Source: Eledone cirrhosa | Taxonomy: Eukaryota | Assembly (NCBI GenBank): GCA_964016885.1 | Contig: OZ024741.1 | Span: 167,152,001 to 167,216,000, forward strand | Direction of reading: 5' to 3' | DNA: 64,000 bases | In this document: positions 1 through 11,230 of the stretch, piece after piece | Layout of the letters: each line of letters opens with the position of its first letter | Numbering within the stretch: the first letter of the stretch is position 1 | Notes under the pieces: model-generated | The model's database searches: none | What the model saw: the letters and a program-made list of their open reading frames with translations, nothing else | Told to the model about the DNA's origin: nothing | Position numbers and translations under genes: made by a program

Positions 1-255
1 GCTTGTCGTTGAGAGTTTTGTCAGGGAAGCACAAACATGCACAATCCCAAACAAATCTATCCACAAGAACCTCCACCTTGTGCAGTACATCATACAACAG
101 GGTATGGAGTAAACCTAGTTTCAGTGGGGCTTTGATCAACTTGGACTAATCGAAAGCTTTTGATAAGGTCATCCATCACTACTTGGTGGCTGACCTTAGA
201 GCAGGTGGTTTTGGTCCCATTTTCAAGAGCTGGATTGTCAGCCACTGTATTTAGT
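1..255 (+). mobile_element. Degenerate Tx1/L1-clade LINE, reverse transcriptase fragment
   Basis: Manual translation with stop/frameshift: ...IPNKSIHKNLHLVQYII...GALINLD*SKAFDKVIHHYL...GFGPIFKSWI, matching the L1/Tx1 RT LD.xKAFD.V.H motif region. Confidence 0.75.
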
Positions 256-444
256 GAAAGTTCCATAATAATTAACTAGCTGGTCTGTTCTGGTTGACTT
301 TTGGCCTGGGGGCTATGGATATTTTCCAGAAATCTCTCACCTGGCAGTGTTATTGGAGGAGGGAAGTGGGGGCATTGTAGGGTTGAGATAAATTCTAGTG
401 CTGTCAGATGAGCCTCGTTTAATGCCTATGTATTGCTGACTTAA

Positions 445-651
445 CCCTTTAGCATTTAAACTGGTTGTATCCAGCCAGAATTTTCTCACCTCTTTCTGGT
501 CAAACCAGCCATAACTGGCCACTCATACTGATGTTAATGTATTGTTCTCAAAATAAATAATATCAAAATCACATAGATTCAATATTATGTGAGATAAAGC
601 CTTTATGCAAAACTACAATAATAAATATAGAGTAATGTAAATGTTAAAGGG
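445..651. mobile_element. piggyBac-type MITE
   Basis: TTAA at 441-444 and 652-655; TIR CCCTTTAGCATTTA...TAAATGTTAAAGGG; three other copies in window. Confidence 0.85.
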
Positions 652-659
652 TTAAGGAG

Positions 660-1275
660 TTATGTTGAAAAACTGTTGTCATGTGTAGGACAGATCCAGC
701 TACCAACTGAGTCTATGTGAATAACACCCTGCTACCCTCCTTTAATAGGGAATTGTAAGCAGTTTTCCTTTGTTTAGTGACTATGGCAAAAGAGCTTGTG
801 TTGCGAACAAGACTGAGAGATTGAAGACAGACATTTCTCCTAAGACAAGCTCTCACCAACTTTTCCAAGTTTCATCTGGAAAGGAGAGTGAGAGTGGAGA
901 GAGAAATGCCTCTCTCCAGTAAATTTATCAATACATTGGTGAAACTAGCGAAAAATAGCAAGAGTAAATGAGTTTACTCTCGGCTTGTGCAAGTAGGTTA
1001 GACACTGACAGTTGGAAGAAGGCAATCACCCTTAGTAGTCAGGGTGATTGTGGATCTGTGAGTTCCTCACTTAGCCAAAGGTAATCAGCTCTCTGTACTA
1101 GGAGGATGGGTGACCTTATATAAATGTATATTATGTATACATAATTTGTATATTATATTTATTTGTTGCCCATTTTTTCATTTCTTTGTAAAACCTGACC
1201 TTAAGTTTGTAACTTATCTTTGTAATGACTCCTTCATCCGATGTCCTTGTGGCAAATAAAAAAACATCATAATTA
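660..1275 (+). mobile_element. Tx1/L1-clade LINE 3' end (degenerate ORF2 C-terminus and 3' UTR)
   Basis: Colinear similarity to 30180-30740 (CATGTAGGACAGAT...GCAGTTTTC...GAAGACAGA...CAAATAAAAAAA tail). Confidence 0.7.
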
Positions 1276-1584
1276 TTAATAGTAGAGGTAGCAGCAGCGA
1301 CAATAACAATAGTAGTACTAGTAGTAGTAGTAGTAGTAGTAGTATTTATGAATTGATCAAACAGATCTTATGATGAAAGTCACTTTAGCTATAATCGTCT
1401 CTTTGCTTTGTTTTGTTTTCAAATATATTCAAGAATATCAAGTGTGTTCTTCAGTATTTAATCCATTTGGTGCTGTATTTTTAATGAAATACTATTTCAA
1501 TTAATTATAAACTATGAGATATTTACTAAAATTATTAATTAGTTCATTAATAACGAATTTCATTATTGTTATTATTATTATATC

Positions 1585-1720
1585 ATGACTCATACACTGT
1601 TCATTTTCCTGACATTTGTACATTATTTCTATGTACTATACATGCACCTTTGATGAGTTGTAGTGCACCTGAGCACTGTACACAATAATTTCATTATTAT
1701 TTCATTCATTATTATTATAA
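1585..1720 (+). mobile_element. CR1-type LINE 3' tail fragment
   Basis: GTAGTGCACCTGAGCACTGTACACAATAATTTCATTATT shared with the CR1 3' end at 47315-47778; further copies at ~4790-4885 (-) and ~34005-34090 (-). Confidence 0.7.
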
Positions 1721-1939
1721 TTTAACATATGGTTCCTATATAATATTATGTTGAAAGATTTTATTTAAATAGGAACCCTTTCAGGGATTTACTAAATTAT
1801 TTTATTAATTAGATAGTAATATGACCTAAAGTTCTTATATAAAATTATGGTGGAAGATTTTATTTAAATGGGTGGTTTTGTTTCATAGAACCAATGCTAG
1901 TCTTGGCCAGGTTCATATCAAAAGGATTAAAACAGTAGA

Positions 1940-2335
1940 GTAAGATTTAAGTAGTTTGTTCTGCAACCAAGTGATTTTTGGTTCAGTTTCACTGTGTAGC
2001 ACCTTGAGATATAGAGACTGTGCAGAACCCCCACTCCCTCAAATATCTCCCCAGTCTGACAAAGACTCACTGAGCACTCTAATGTTGCAATGAGATGGTG
2101 CTGGTGCCACGATAAAATACACCCACCCTACCCTGTACAGTATTAGTGCTGTTGTCACAATAAAATGTTCCCAGTACACTTTGTAAAGTGGTTGACATCC
2201 AGTCATAGAGACCAAGCAAAAAATGGAATGTATGAGCAAAACTTAAGTCATCTCACTAGTCTAGCCTCAGTACATGACAGGTTGTCTAACCAATGCAAAT
2301 GTGGAAAATAGATGTTAAAAGGTGATGATGATGAT
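1940..2335 (+). mobile_element. Old tRNA-derived SINE (octopus OK-like) with RTE-type (GAT)n tail
   Basis: Degenerate head GGTTCAGTTTCACTGTGTAGCACCTTG, internal GCTGGTGCCAC...CCCAGTACACT..GTAAAGTGG units, tail CTAACCAATGC...GATGATGAT. Confidence 0.55.
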
Positions 2336-2609
2336 ATATATGTGTGTATCTGCCAGTGCCTTTGCTTACATTTACTGTAAGGTTATGTCCTATAACTTCA
2401 ATGAAGAGGAATTGATAAAATAAGTACCATACTTAAAATAAAAAGCATGATCAACTAAAATCCTTTCCAGGCAGTGCCCCAGCATGGCCACAGTTTATTG
2501 ACTGAAATCAGTAAAAGAATAACTAGAAGTGTAAATAGTTACTGCCATAAACCCAAAGGAGAAATGAGATTGTATCATATTTATGTATTTTTCAAGAGTG
2601 TGAAGACAT

Positions 2610-2915
2610 GTAGCCCTGTGGTTAAGGTGCTGGATTCATTATCAGAAGTTCATGGATTCAATTCCTGGACCAGGCAATCTGTTCTGTGGCATTTCATTTT
2701 GCATTGCTTTTTATGATAGGACTAGAGCCTCTATTATTAAAACACTTAAGAAGCTTCCTATGAGATTCAACCTCATTGGAGGCTAGCTAAAACTGCATAG
2801 GTGTGGGCTGTAACAACATGAGAGGACTGGAGGCCCTTATTATTAAAACATCCAAGAAACCTCATATTAAATATACCCTCTTAGTTAAACCTGCATAAGT
2901 TTTAGCTGTAAATTT
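2610..2915 (+). mobile_element. tRNA-head SINE variant followed by two ~107-bp tandem units
   Basis: A/B-box-like head (GTGGTTAAGG...GGATTCAATTCC) then repeated GATAGGACTAGAG...TTAAAACAC..AAGAA..CCTA module; same head+module at 37440-37660 (+) and ~22175-22355 (-). Confidence 0.55.
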
Positions 2916-3988
2916 GATTTTGCTTTTCTCAATAAACTGGAATATCTATGTGTTGAAAATGTGTCATAAATTATTGTTCTTTAACCTCAGGTCAAGCCTC
3001 ATTGAGTAAACATGTCACAAACAAAATACTCTCAGCTGTGACCATCCTATCTTTTTAGAAAAAATATGAAGTAGAATTTATAGCTCAAACATATAGGTTT
3101 AGCTGACCTCCTACGGGATACAACCTCTTAAAACACCCAAGAAACCTCCTAAGAGGTTGTATCCCGTAGGAGGTTTCTTGGGTGTTTTACCTATCATGTT
3201 GTCACAGCTTACACTTTTGTAGGTTTAGCTAACCATAGGAGGTTTCTTGGGTGTCCTAGTCCTATCATGAAAAAGCAACATGAATCGAACACATAACTTC
3301 ATGTACTACTTACTAGGTGGCACAGTCTGTTGAAACTGTCATAAATTGTTGTTGTTCAGTCTCAGGTCAAGCCTCATTACAAAGACTTGTGATAAACAAA
3401 AACATTTCAGCTGTTACCATCCTACCTTTTTAGAAGAATACATTATAAAAGGTGACAAATTGACAAGATTGATAAATATCAGATAAAATAGTTTGCAGTA
3501 TTCGTTCCAGCTTTCTGATTTTAAATCCTGCCAAGGTCAACTTTACCTTTCATCCTTTTGAGGTCAATAAAAATAACACTCCAGTACTGAGGATTGTTAA
3601 TGTTATTCCTTCCTATCTCTAGTAGTAATTTGTTTTTCATTCTGCATACCAATTTTATGTTGATAATGAATAATATTAATCAAGATAATGCCATAGATTT
3701 TCTACTGAAATGCAATGTCATTCCTACAATTATGAATTACAAAAAAAAATTAAAACTTGCTTTAAAAAAAATTCTCATGAATATAATCATTTTCGACCTC
3801 TATATCTTCATAAATATAATTATTTAAAAATATACATTAAGAAGAAGGTTATGAGGAAAGCTGACTGTAGTTATGTGTGTGCGTGTCTGTGATGAGTGTG
3901 TATGTGGTATGTGTACGTGATGATTATGTAATATTTGTAGTTGAGAAATTTGAATGAAGGAAGTCACTAAACTGTGTGTATGTATGTG

Positions 3989-4038
<50 letters not shown>

Positions 4039-4984
4039 CACATATATATGCATGTGTAGGTACTGTGTGAGAGGAAAGTAGTCAAATACTGGGGCCAGAC
4101 TGACTGCTTCATTTTTGTATTGGTCTCTGGCAAGACCTCTGACATCCTTGGTCCCTGCACTGCTGATTTCCTCCATAAAGTCAGAAAGATGGTGGCCTGC
4201 TTGTGGAGAGAGCCCTGTGAGGTGGGGTGGATGTTGGAGAAGGTGTTTCTAGCCATTCTCCTGCAGTAACGCTTTTGTTGTTTTGTCCACAGGGCGCGAC
4301 TGAAGTACTACTCAGACTGAGGTGTAGTGTCTGTCCTTCCCTCTCTCCTTTTCTTTCATTGCTTGATCCTTCTTTCTTTTTCTCCTTTTCATTTTCTTTC
4401 TCTTTTCCTTCCTTTTCTAGAATGGTATGTTTTTATTAGATACTGCTCAATTATTTTTATATAATGTCAATGGCTTTTCATGGCAGTATAGTGGTTAGAA
4501 ATGAGATTCTGTTTATATTTTACAACTCATTTTCAGTATCATCATCTTTACACCTATTTTTCCATACTGATATAGATTGGATGGGTTCTCTATATCAGGC
4601 GCTTTGGTATCAAAAAGTCAGTCATCACTCTGTATAAACTCTTTTGATACCAGCCCAGCAAAAGCATTTTAAAGGGCTCCTATCTAAATTAAAATCTTCC
4701 AACATAATTTTATATAAGAACCATATGTTAAGTTATCCTATAATGAAATAATTAAAATTTTTAGTAAATCCCTCTAGATTCTTCAATAATAATAATAATG
4801 ACATTATTGTGTACAGTGTTCAGGTGCACTACAACAAAGGTTCATGTATAGTACATAGAATAATGTACAAATGTCAGGAAAGTGATCAAACAAAATAGAC
4901 TATTTCATTAGAAATATGGACATGCAAAGGTTAATAAAATATACTCTATTACAGTATTATTGAGTACTTGCTGTGTCTGAAAGA

Positions 4985-5172
4985 TAATTGTTTCTACTTT
5001 TGGCACAAGGACAGTAATTACCCAGTGCATTACTGGTACTTTATTTTATCGACCCCGTAAGGATGAAAGGCAAAGTTGACCTCGGCAGGAATTGAACTCA
5101 GACTGTAAAGGGCCGTAACTATGCTGCAAAGCATGGCGTCCGACCTTCTACCGATACTGCCAATCCACAGCC
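4985..5172 (-). mobile_element. tRNA-derived SINE with Nin/Deu-like central domain
   Basis: Minus strand GCCGAGGTCAACTTTGCCTTTCATCCTTACGGGGTCGATAAAATAAAGTACCAG and tail GTGCCAAAAGTAGAAACAATTAT; other copies ~3500-3595+, 16580-16708-, 26060-26175+, 26600-26790-, 27312-27505+, 33110-33300-, 36370-36512-, 39745-40005+ (two), 51440-51608+, 54533-54920- (two). Confidence 0.85.
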
Positions 5173-5369
5173 ATTGGTCTGAAAGATAACAATGGTCAAA
5201 AGAATGGTTTAACAGATTAACAGAATTATCTAGGACTACAGGCAACTGAGGTACATTTGAATATGTTTGCGTATATATACAAGTGTGTGTGTGTGTGTAA
5301 TTATATATCTACCGGCATATATATCACACACACACACACACGTGTGTATTGGTGGGGGGGGGGGGGGAC

Positions 5370-5540
5370 TCAATCAAGGGTAACTACAGTAAGTAAGGTA
5401 CTCAATACATAGCAGAGTATAAATATTTAATATAAAAATGGCTTCTACAGGACTAGAACCGTTTCATTCGAAGGAAATCATCTGGAAAGCCCTGATGATT
5501 TCCTTCGAATGAAACAGTTCTAGACCTGTAGAAGCCATTA
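5370..5540. mobile_element. Short fold-back Penelope-type element (family B) with degenerate hammerhead cores in both arms
   Basis: Inverted arms ~5437-5484 / 5492-5539; plus arm CTGATGA-tttccttcgaat-GAAACAG..CTGTA; minus arm CAGATGA variant; tail GGTAACTACAGTAAGTAAGGTACTCAATAC shared with 48601 and 58891. Confidence 0.75.
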
Positions 5541-5739
5541 AATATATATATATATATATATATATTACATTAATTATTTATGTTCATACATGGAACAAAA
5601 GCGCTACCTAAGGTTTTAAGTCCCAATATTGACCATATCTTCAGTGACCTAGTCTTCAGGCACTTTAAGTCCTGATTGAACACTGTTTCCATTTTACTTT
5701 TTCCCAGCCATGGATATTTTACTACATATGATAAATATG

Positions 5740-5844
5740 TATGTATGGCCCCATAACATCTGATAGAGTTGTAGGGGCACCATATTGACATACAGCTTTT
5801 CTTGGACATTTTAACCCTTGCAGAACCCATCCCTCTCCAGGCCT

Positions 5845-5845
<1 letters not shown>
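5740..5845. repeat. Unclassified ~100-bp dispersed repeat
   Basis: CTGATAGAGTTGTAGGGGCACCATATTGACATACAG...CCATCCCTCTCCAGGCCT also at ~36200-36303. Confidence 0.7.
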
Positions 5846-5885
<40 letters not shown>

Positions 5886-5933
5886 TATTCAAAATATTAA
5901 TAAATGGATACATTCACATAATCAAAATATATG

Positions 5934-5995
5934 TTTTATTATATATATTTCGGAGGTACTGTGCTGTTTTTTCAGTACGTCCTCATCAGATAAAA
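5934..5995 (-). ncRNA. Type I hammerhead ribozyme (family E element ~5877-6240)
   Basis: Minus strand TTTTAT-CTGATGA-GGACGTACTG..CAGTACCTCC-GAAA-T-ATAT-A-T-A-ATAAAA: intact core, 6-bp stem I, 9/10-bp stem II, palindromic loop III, AUA triplet. Confidence 0.85.
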
Positions 5996-6280
5996 TACAT
6001 AAATTGATGTATGACATACCTCAACTGTGCTGATGGTTCAATTCCAGTCTTGGCAGTCATATAAATAATATATCCGAAATATATACAATAAAACATATAT
6101 TTTGATTATGTGAATGTATCCATTTATTAATATTTTGAATAATATTAATAACTTCAGAAAACTTCCTTGTTGAGTGCTTTTAATCTATTGTAAAACTATA
6201 TTCATTGAATAATCAATGAACCTTGTTTAACATTTGGTTATATATTTATATATACACATACATACATATACACACACATA

Positions 6281-6381
6281 CAGGGTGTTCCCAAAAAATG
6301 TATACACACTTTGATTACCTGTACAGGCAATATTTATTAGAATGCTGTTGAAGTGCATATACATTTTTGGGGGACACCCTT
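6281..6381. mobile_element. ~100-bp Tc1/mariner-type MITE
   Basis: TIR CAGGGTGTTCCCAAAAAATGTATACAC...GTGCATATACATTTTTGGGGGACACCCT in TA context; copies at 7609-7701 and 19538-19616. Confidence 0.8.
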
Positions 6382-6397
6382 TATATATATATATATA

Positions 6398-6603
6398 TTA
6401 GAAAGTGAGGTTTTTTTACAAAATGAAAAATAACCGGTGTCCTACACGAGTGAAAGTATAAAGAAAAAAAGTTGAAATCGAAAATGCAACTGGAGTCTTA
6501 TTTTTAAAGAAATATATATATTTATTTGGTTCCTTTACCGGTTTTGCAGTTCTTCTGCTTTTCAAAAGTAGAGTTGAGATGGAGGGTCTGTGGTTTTTCT
6601 CAC
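6398..6603. repeat. Unclassified dispersed repeat flanked by TA microsatellite
   Basis: AAAATGCAACTGGAGTCTT...GCTTTTCAAAAGTAGAGTTGAGATGGAGGGTCTGTGGT; reverse-complement copy at ~58650-58845. Confidence 0.7.
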
Positions 6604-6798
6604 ACATATATATAGTTCACCATACCGAGAACAATTGTTTCACAACTCGTCCCATGGACTGAGTGCTCTACTACGGATATAACCCTCCAGTGTTCTACTA
6701 TTATATATATATATATGAAGCATTCAGTTTAGAAACCAGGAAGATCACAGAACAAGGTAGTACTTGATAGCTCTTTAGGGGCAGAGTTGGCCTAAATT

Positions 6799-7135
6799 AG
6801 TGGTTCCCAACTTTTCACTATAAAGGACCCCTTTTGTATAAATGAATTTTCCCATGGACTACTTGTTATGATTATTTCCCTCTCAGTTTGTTATATAGTC
6901 ATATGGGAAGAGATAAATGTTTATAATAAGAGAGGAATTGATATCAAATATATTATGTTTTTAACAAAGTGCTTGGAATTACAATGAGAATACCAATCAA
7001 AAGTGTGTAATGTTTATACTTAGAGAAGAATTAGGATACACAATAGTGTGTATATTTTGTTTGTAAGAAAGCTTTTGAAATTATGAACTTAGATCTTCAG
7101 TTCTACCTTTGTGGACCCCAGATTGGGAACTGCTG
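6799..7135. mobile_element. hAT-type MITE
   Basis: TIR (T)AGTGGTTCCCAA...TTGGGAACTGCTG; internal sequence shared with 33856-33900 and 36040-36945. Confidence 0.65.
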
Positions 7136-7489
7136 ATATAGATATCATTCCAACAGAAACTTCTGTTGGGATTACACTGTGTGTGTATATATATATTAAT
7201 ATTTATATTCTTCATTGTTCTGTGTTGTTATTTGTTTACACACATGTATATATATGTTTACACACATATATATATATATGTATCACAAAATATAGATCAA
7301 AATAAATGATCTCGATCCAATTATATCCTAAAAAGTTCAATGAACATAAAGGGCTAAAATCCAAATTTTTAGAGCATTATTTACACACTATCATTCAGGT
7401 ATAATATTTATATTATGTCAAACAAAGCTTGGTAAGTAAAATTACATTTAAAGGCAAACGTAATTTTACTTACATTATAACTAATAAAT

Positions 7490-7535
<46 letters not shown>

Positions 7536-7553
7536 ATACAAATACACACACAA

Positions 7554-7594
<41 letters not shown>

Positions 7595-7880
7595 TATATA
7601 TATATGTACATGGTGTCCCAAAAATGTATACACACTGATTACTTGTAGACAATATTTATTAGAAGGCTGTTGAAGTGTGTATACATTTTGGGGACACCTT
7701 GTTGTATGTATATATATATATAAAGGCTTGTTTGCATAATTGCAAACGAATCGAATGTTATTGTTAACATTCGAAAAACTCAGATTACATTTATATATAT
7801 ATATAAAACCTAAAAAGTAATTCATCGGTTATAATGCAAAAATCCCCTGTAAATTATGTGTGTATGTGTGACAAACCTAC

Positions 7881-8594
7881 CCAGTTAGATGTAGCTGTAA
7901 ATGTATCATCGTCCATAGATTCAGGGTCATTTAGTTCATCAGATGCGGCAACGGTGGTAGCGGTGGAGGTGGTGCCGGCCGTGGCGGCAGATGCTGCAGC
8001 TGAAGTCACAATGTCCGTGGCTGCGGCATTCTCTACTGCATTGGCACTGGTGGTGTTGCTGCTGTTAGTGGTAGTATTGCTGCTGTTATTGTTGGCACTG
8101 CTGTCCTTATTCGTGGTACTGGTACTAGGAGTCGTACTGCTGCTGGTACTAGTACTGCTAGTGCTGTTATTGCGGTTAGTGGTGCGGCTACTGGAACCTC
8201 CCAACAGGACACGAGCCTTCTCCAACGGGTTCATCTTGTGTAATGACTCACCGACAGCCGACTGCCTTGTCTGCCTCGTCGGTCTCGATTGCCTGGCCTC
8301 CTTTTCTCTGTCTCTTTCTCTCAACCTGCCGCTCTCATTGTCATCGTCGTCGTCATTGTCATTGTTCTTCTTTGTCTCCGCCTTGCTCTTGGCTTGCATT
8401 TTCAAGGTTCGCTTCATGGTCGCAACAACAGTCAATTTCTGTCTTTTCCCCCGCTTGTTGCAGCTGCTGCTGCTGCTGCCTTCGTTTCGTTTCGTCTTGC
8501 TTCGTTTCGCAACTTTGGGTTTTTGTTCTAACTCCGCCGTTGCTATTCGTCGTCTTAGCTTCTCAGTTCCTCTGTTCTTCCCTATTCTATCCAC
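7881..8594 (-). CDS. Probable first coding exon of an unidentified host gene (basic N-terminus, Ser/Thr/Asn/Ala low-complexity linker)
   Basis: 238 open codons from ATG 8594 in a GC-richer, CpG-containing, transposon-free island; ends at phase-0 donor TGG|GTAGGT (7881/7880); alternative start MNPLEKARVLLGG. Confidence 0.7.
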
Positions 8595-9044
8595 GATGGA
8601 AAACGTTTTGTTTATATATATATGTATTGATTTTATCTCTTGTTTATAAGGTAGCGATTTATACAGATGTAATAAAACGATTTATATCTTCTTTATATTT
8701 TCTATCAGATATTACTTTAGTTTTTTTTTTTCAAACATATATTGTTAAATACCTTAGAGAAAAACTACTGTCCTGTATTTTTACTATTTTGTAAATAGAA
8801 TAACGTTTATAAAAACGCCAAATTGGTCCAGTGTTCTCTCATAGAGTACGTATTTACATAATAGTAAAAAAAAACAAATTAATTAAATTAAAGTGCGTAT
8901 GTGTATATTTGTTTACTAAACACAGTAAAGACATGCGCCTACAGCTGTTAAGTTGAGTGTAAAGAAAGATGGGTGTTGTCCGATTAAAGTTGTAACGAAT
9001 ATTTTCGGTTATTTTTATTCTTTCGTTGTTGCTATCGTCATTGT

Positions 9045-9152
9045 TGTTCTTGCCTATTTTGCTGTTGTTATTGTCCTTGTTGCTATTTTTCCTGTTGTTA
9101 TTGTCCTTGTTGCTATTTTCCTGTTGTTATTGTCCTTGTTGCTATTTTCCTT
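9045..9152. repeat. ~27-bp minisatellite, 3-4 copies
   Basis: CTGTTGTTATTGTCCTTGTTGCTATTTT repeated. Confidence 0.85.
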
Positions 9153-10336
9153 TGCTGCGTTAGTCGGTCATATTATCAATGTTGTTGATAGTGTTGCGAA
9201 CACTTTTACTCAGTGCCAGATTAAAAGTTGGTGACGCCTCAGATATATAAAATTTTGAGACCAGAAGGTCCCAGAAAAATAATTAAAGGCCCCTCTATGC
9301 TTGGGGGCCAAAGCACATGCTTTTTTGGTTCAATGGTTAATCCAGGATTAGTTCTAATTGCTATTTTCTGTTGTAATTTTTTTTCCTTGTTGCTTTTGCT
9401 GCTACTATTAATAATATTGTTGATAGTGGTACGTAGGAATTCTTTTACCAATGGTAGTAGTGCTAACTCCAGTAACAAAAAAGGCTGGTACTATTAGTAA
9501 TAATGGTGATGGTAGTAGAAAGACTACTTTTCTATTAATGCTACTAAAAAAAAACTTACAACACCCACGCACAAACATTAACTGTCACATACATAAACGT
9601 ATATATGTGTGTTTGGGCGTGTACCCGTTTGGTAGTGGTAGAGTATAACTCAGCTGCTGTTTTGTATTAAACTACATCAATAGAAAATACTGGTTTCTAA
9701 CTGGTAAGGAGGAATAGAGGGAGAGGAAGATAGAGGAAGAGACACACACATAGACAGAGTGAGAATTAAAGAGAGATATAGTTTAAGGTAGTAGAAAGGG
9801 AGAGGAACAATAATAGAACACAATAGCACTCTGTCCCCCTTATGTGTTGGTTAGTACCAGATCATTGCTGGTAAAGCAGACCTATTGTGATAGTTAGATA
9901 GTCCAGTGGTAGCCATCATGTGGTAATCTTTTGTTTTAAGACCAGATAACTTCCAGTCATTTCCGTAAGTGAAAATGAGAAGCATTAAAAAACAAAAAAA
10001 AACAATCATAATCTACATATTCAAGAATGTACATTGGGAAGAGAGAATCAAAATAATGAAAAAGTAGATGGAAGGAGCAGGCTATCTAGGCGGTATAACT
10101 CAGCTGCACCTGGACAATGGGGCAAAAAGCATTACTGCATAGAACAGCCAGCGACATCTGTTACATCAGCCATTGCACCTCAGAGGGTTTCTCTCCAGAT
10201 GGAATGCACATTCCAATTTTGTGAAGGAAAATGGCTGTTCAGGGATCAAGGACACCAGAGGTTTTTACAGGGATCAATACGTAAAGGCAGCAATAAGTCA
10301 TATCCCAATAAATGGATATCATTTGTTCCTCTACAT

Positions 10337-11230
10337 CAGAGGTCCCCAACCACAGGGTTGCAGACCGGTGCTGGTCCTTAGAGCATTTGCTACCGGGCCA
10401 CAAAGAAATAATTAACTTGTTTAAAATTATATAATAGCTAAATTGAATATTGAACTTTAATTTTAAAAGATTTGTTTAAATATTCAATATTCATCTACTC
10501 AATACTATCTATCATCTATATCAATCTTGCTATATGGAAGTGAAACATGGAGACTTTCATCCAAACAACAAAAGTACCTTGATGGCACTTACACTCTCCT
10601 GCTTCAGCGCATTCAGAACAAAAGCTGGCGACATCTGACTTTGAGAGAGATATATGCCGGCCTCCCATGCATATCTGTCATAAGAGGAGAGTAAAATTTG
10701 CTGGCCACTGCCATCATGCCACCTATGAGGCTGTGTCCCCATTAGTTCTTTGGAAACCACAAGCAGTCACTAATAACAGGGGGCGCAAGCTCTCCTACCC
10801 CGATGTCATCTCCAGAGATTCTGGTATTGAAATCCAGGACTTGGCAATGGCAATGAATGACAGACCCACGTGGAGATCAATTATTGAGTCCATTTCGGCT
10901 GAGGCTGCTGGATGATGATGATGATGATGATGATCTATCATAACTGTAAGGGTTCCCACTGATTCTACATTATGATGAGTTAATATTGATGTGATAATAG
11001 TGTAAAAGTTATTGATTCAGGTAAACTAAGCACGCAAGTGTGTAGTTGGGCTGGAGCCCAGGCATGAGAGCCAAAAGATACACTTTTTCTTCCCTTTAAT
11101 AAATTACTCTTTTTATTATTACTCTCTTTATTGAAATGCACTTAAATAACACATGTGTAACTACCGGTCTGCGGAAAGATTGTCCAGCATGTAGCTGGTC
11201 CCTGGTATAAAAAAAGGTTGGCAACCACTG
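10337..11230. mobile_element. hAT-type non-autonomous element with 8-bp TSD
   Basis: TSD CTCTACAT at 10329-10336 and 11231-11238; TIR CAGAGGTCCCCAACC...GGTTGGCAACCACTG. Confidence 0.9.
10520..10933 (+). mobile_element. RTE-clade LINE 3' fragment nested in the hAT element
   Basis: LLYGSETW...RVKFAGHC...AMNDRPTWRSII* then (GAT)n tail. Confidence 0.85.

Noticed and set aside
5570-5735. Two CTGAAGA boxes on the minus strand
   Set aside because: No GAAA at a suitable distance; at best a heavily decayed relic
7930-7945. CTGATGA on the minus strand
   Set aside because: Inside the coding exon (Ser-Asp-Glu) with no GAAA or stems
8190-8235. Faint resemblance of MNPLEKARVLLGG to SFT2-family N-termini
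   Set aside because: Too short and no downstream transmembrane exons found; no symbol assigned
7834-8649. 271-aa plus-strand ORF with apparent transmembrane Leu/Val run
   Set aside because: Antisense mirror of the Ser/Thr/Asn tract; ATG and donor support the minus strand
9239-9478. 79-aa minus-strand ORF upstream of the host exon
   Set aside because: Non-ATG start, low complexity, no recognisable motif or splice support
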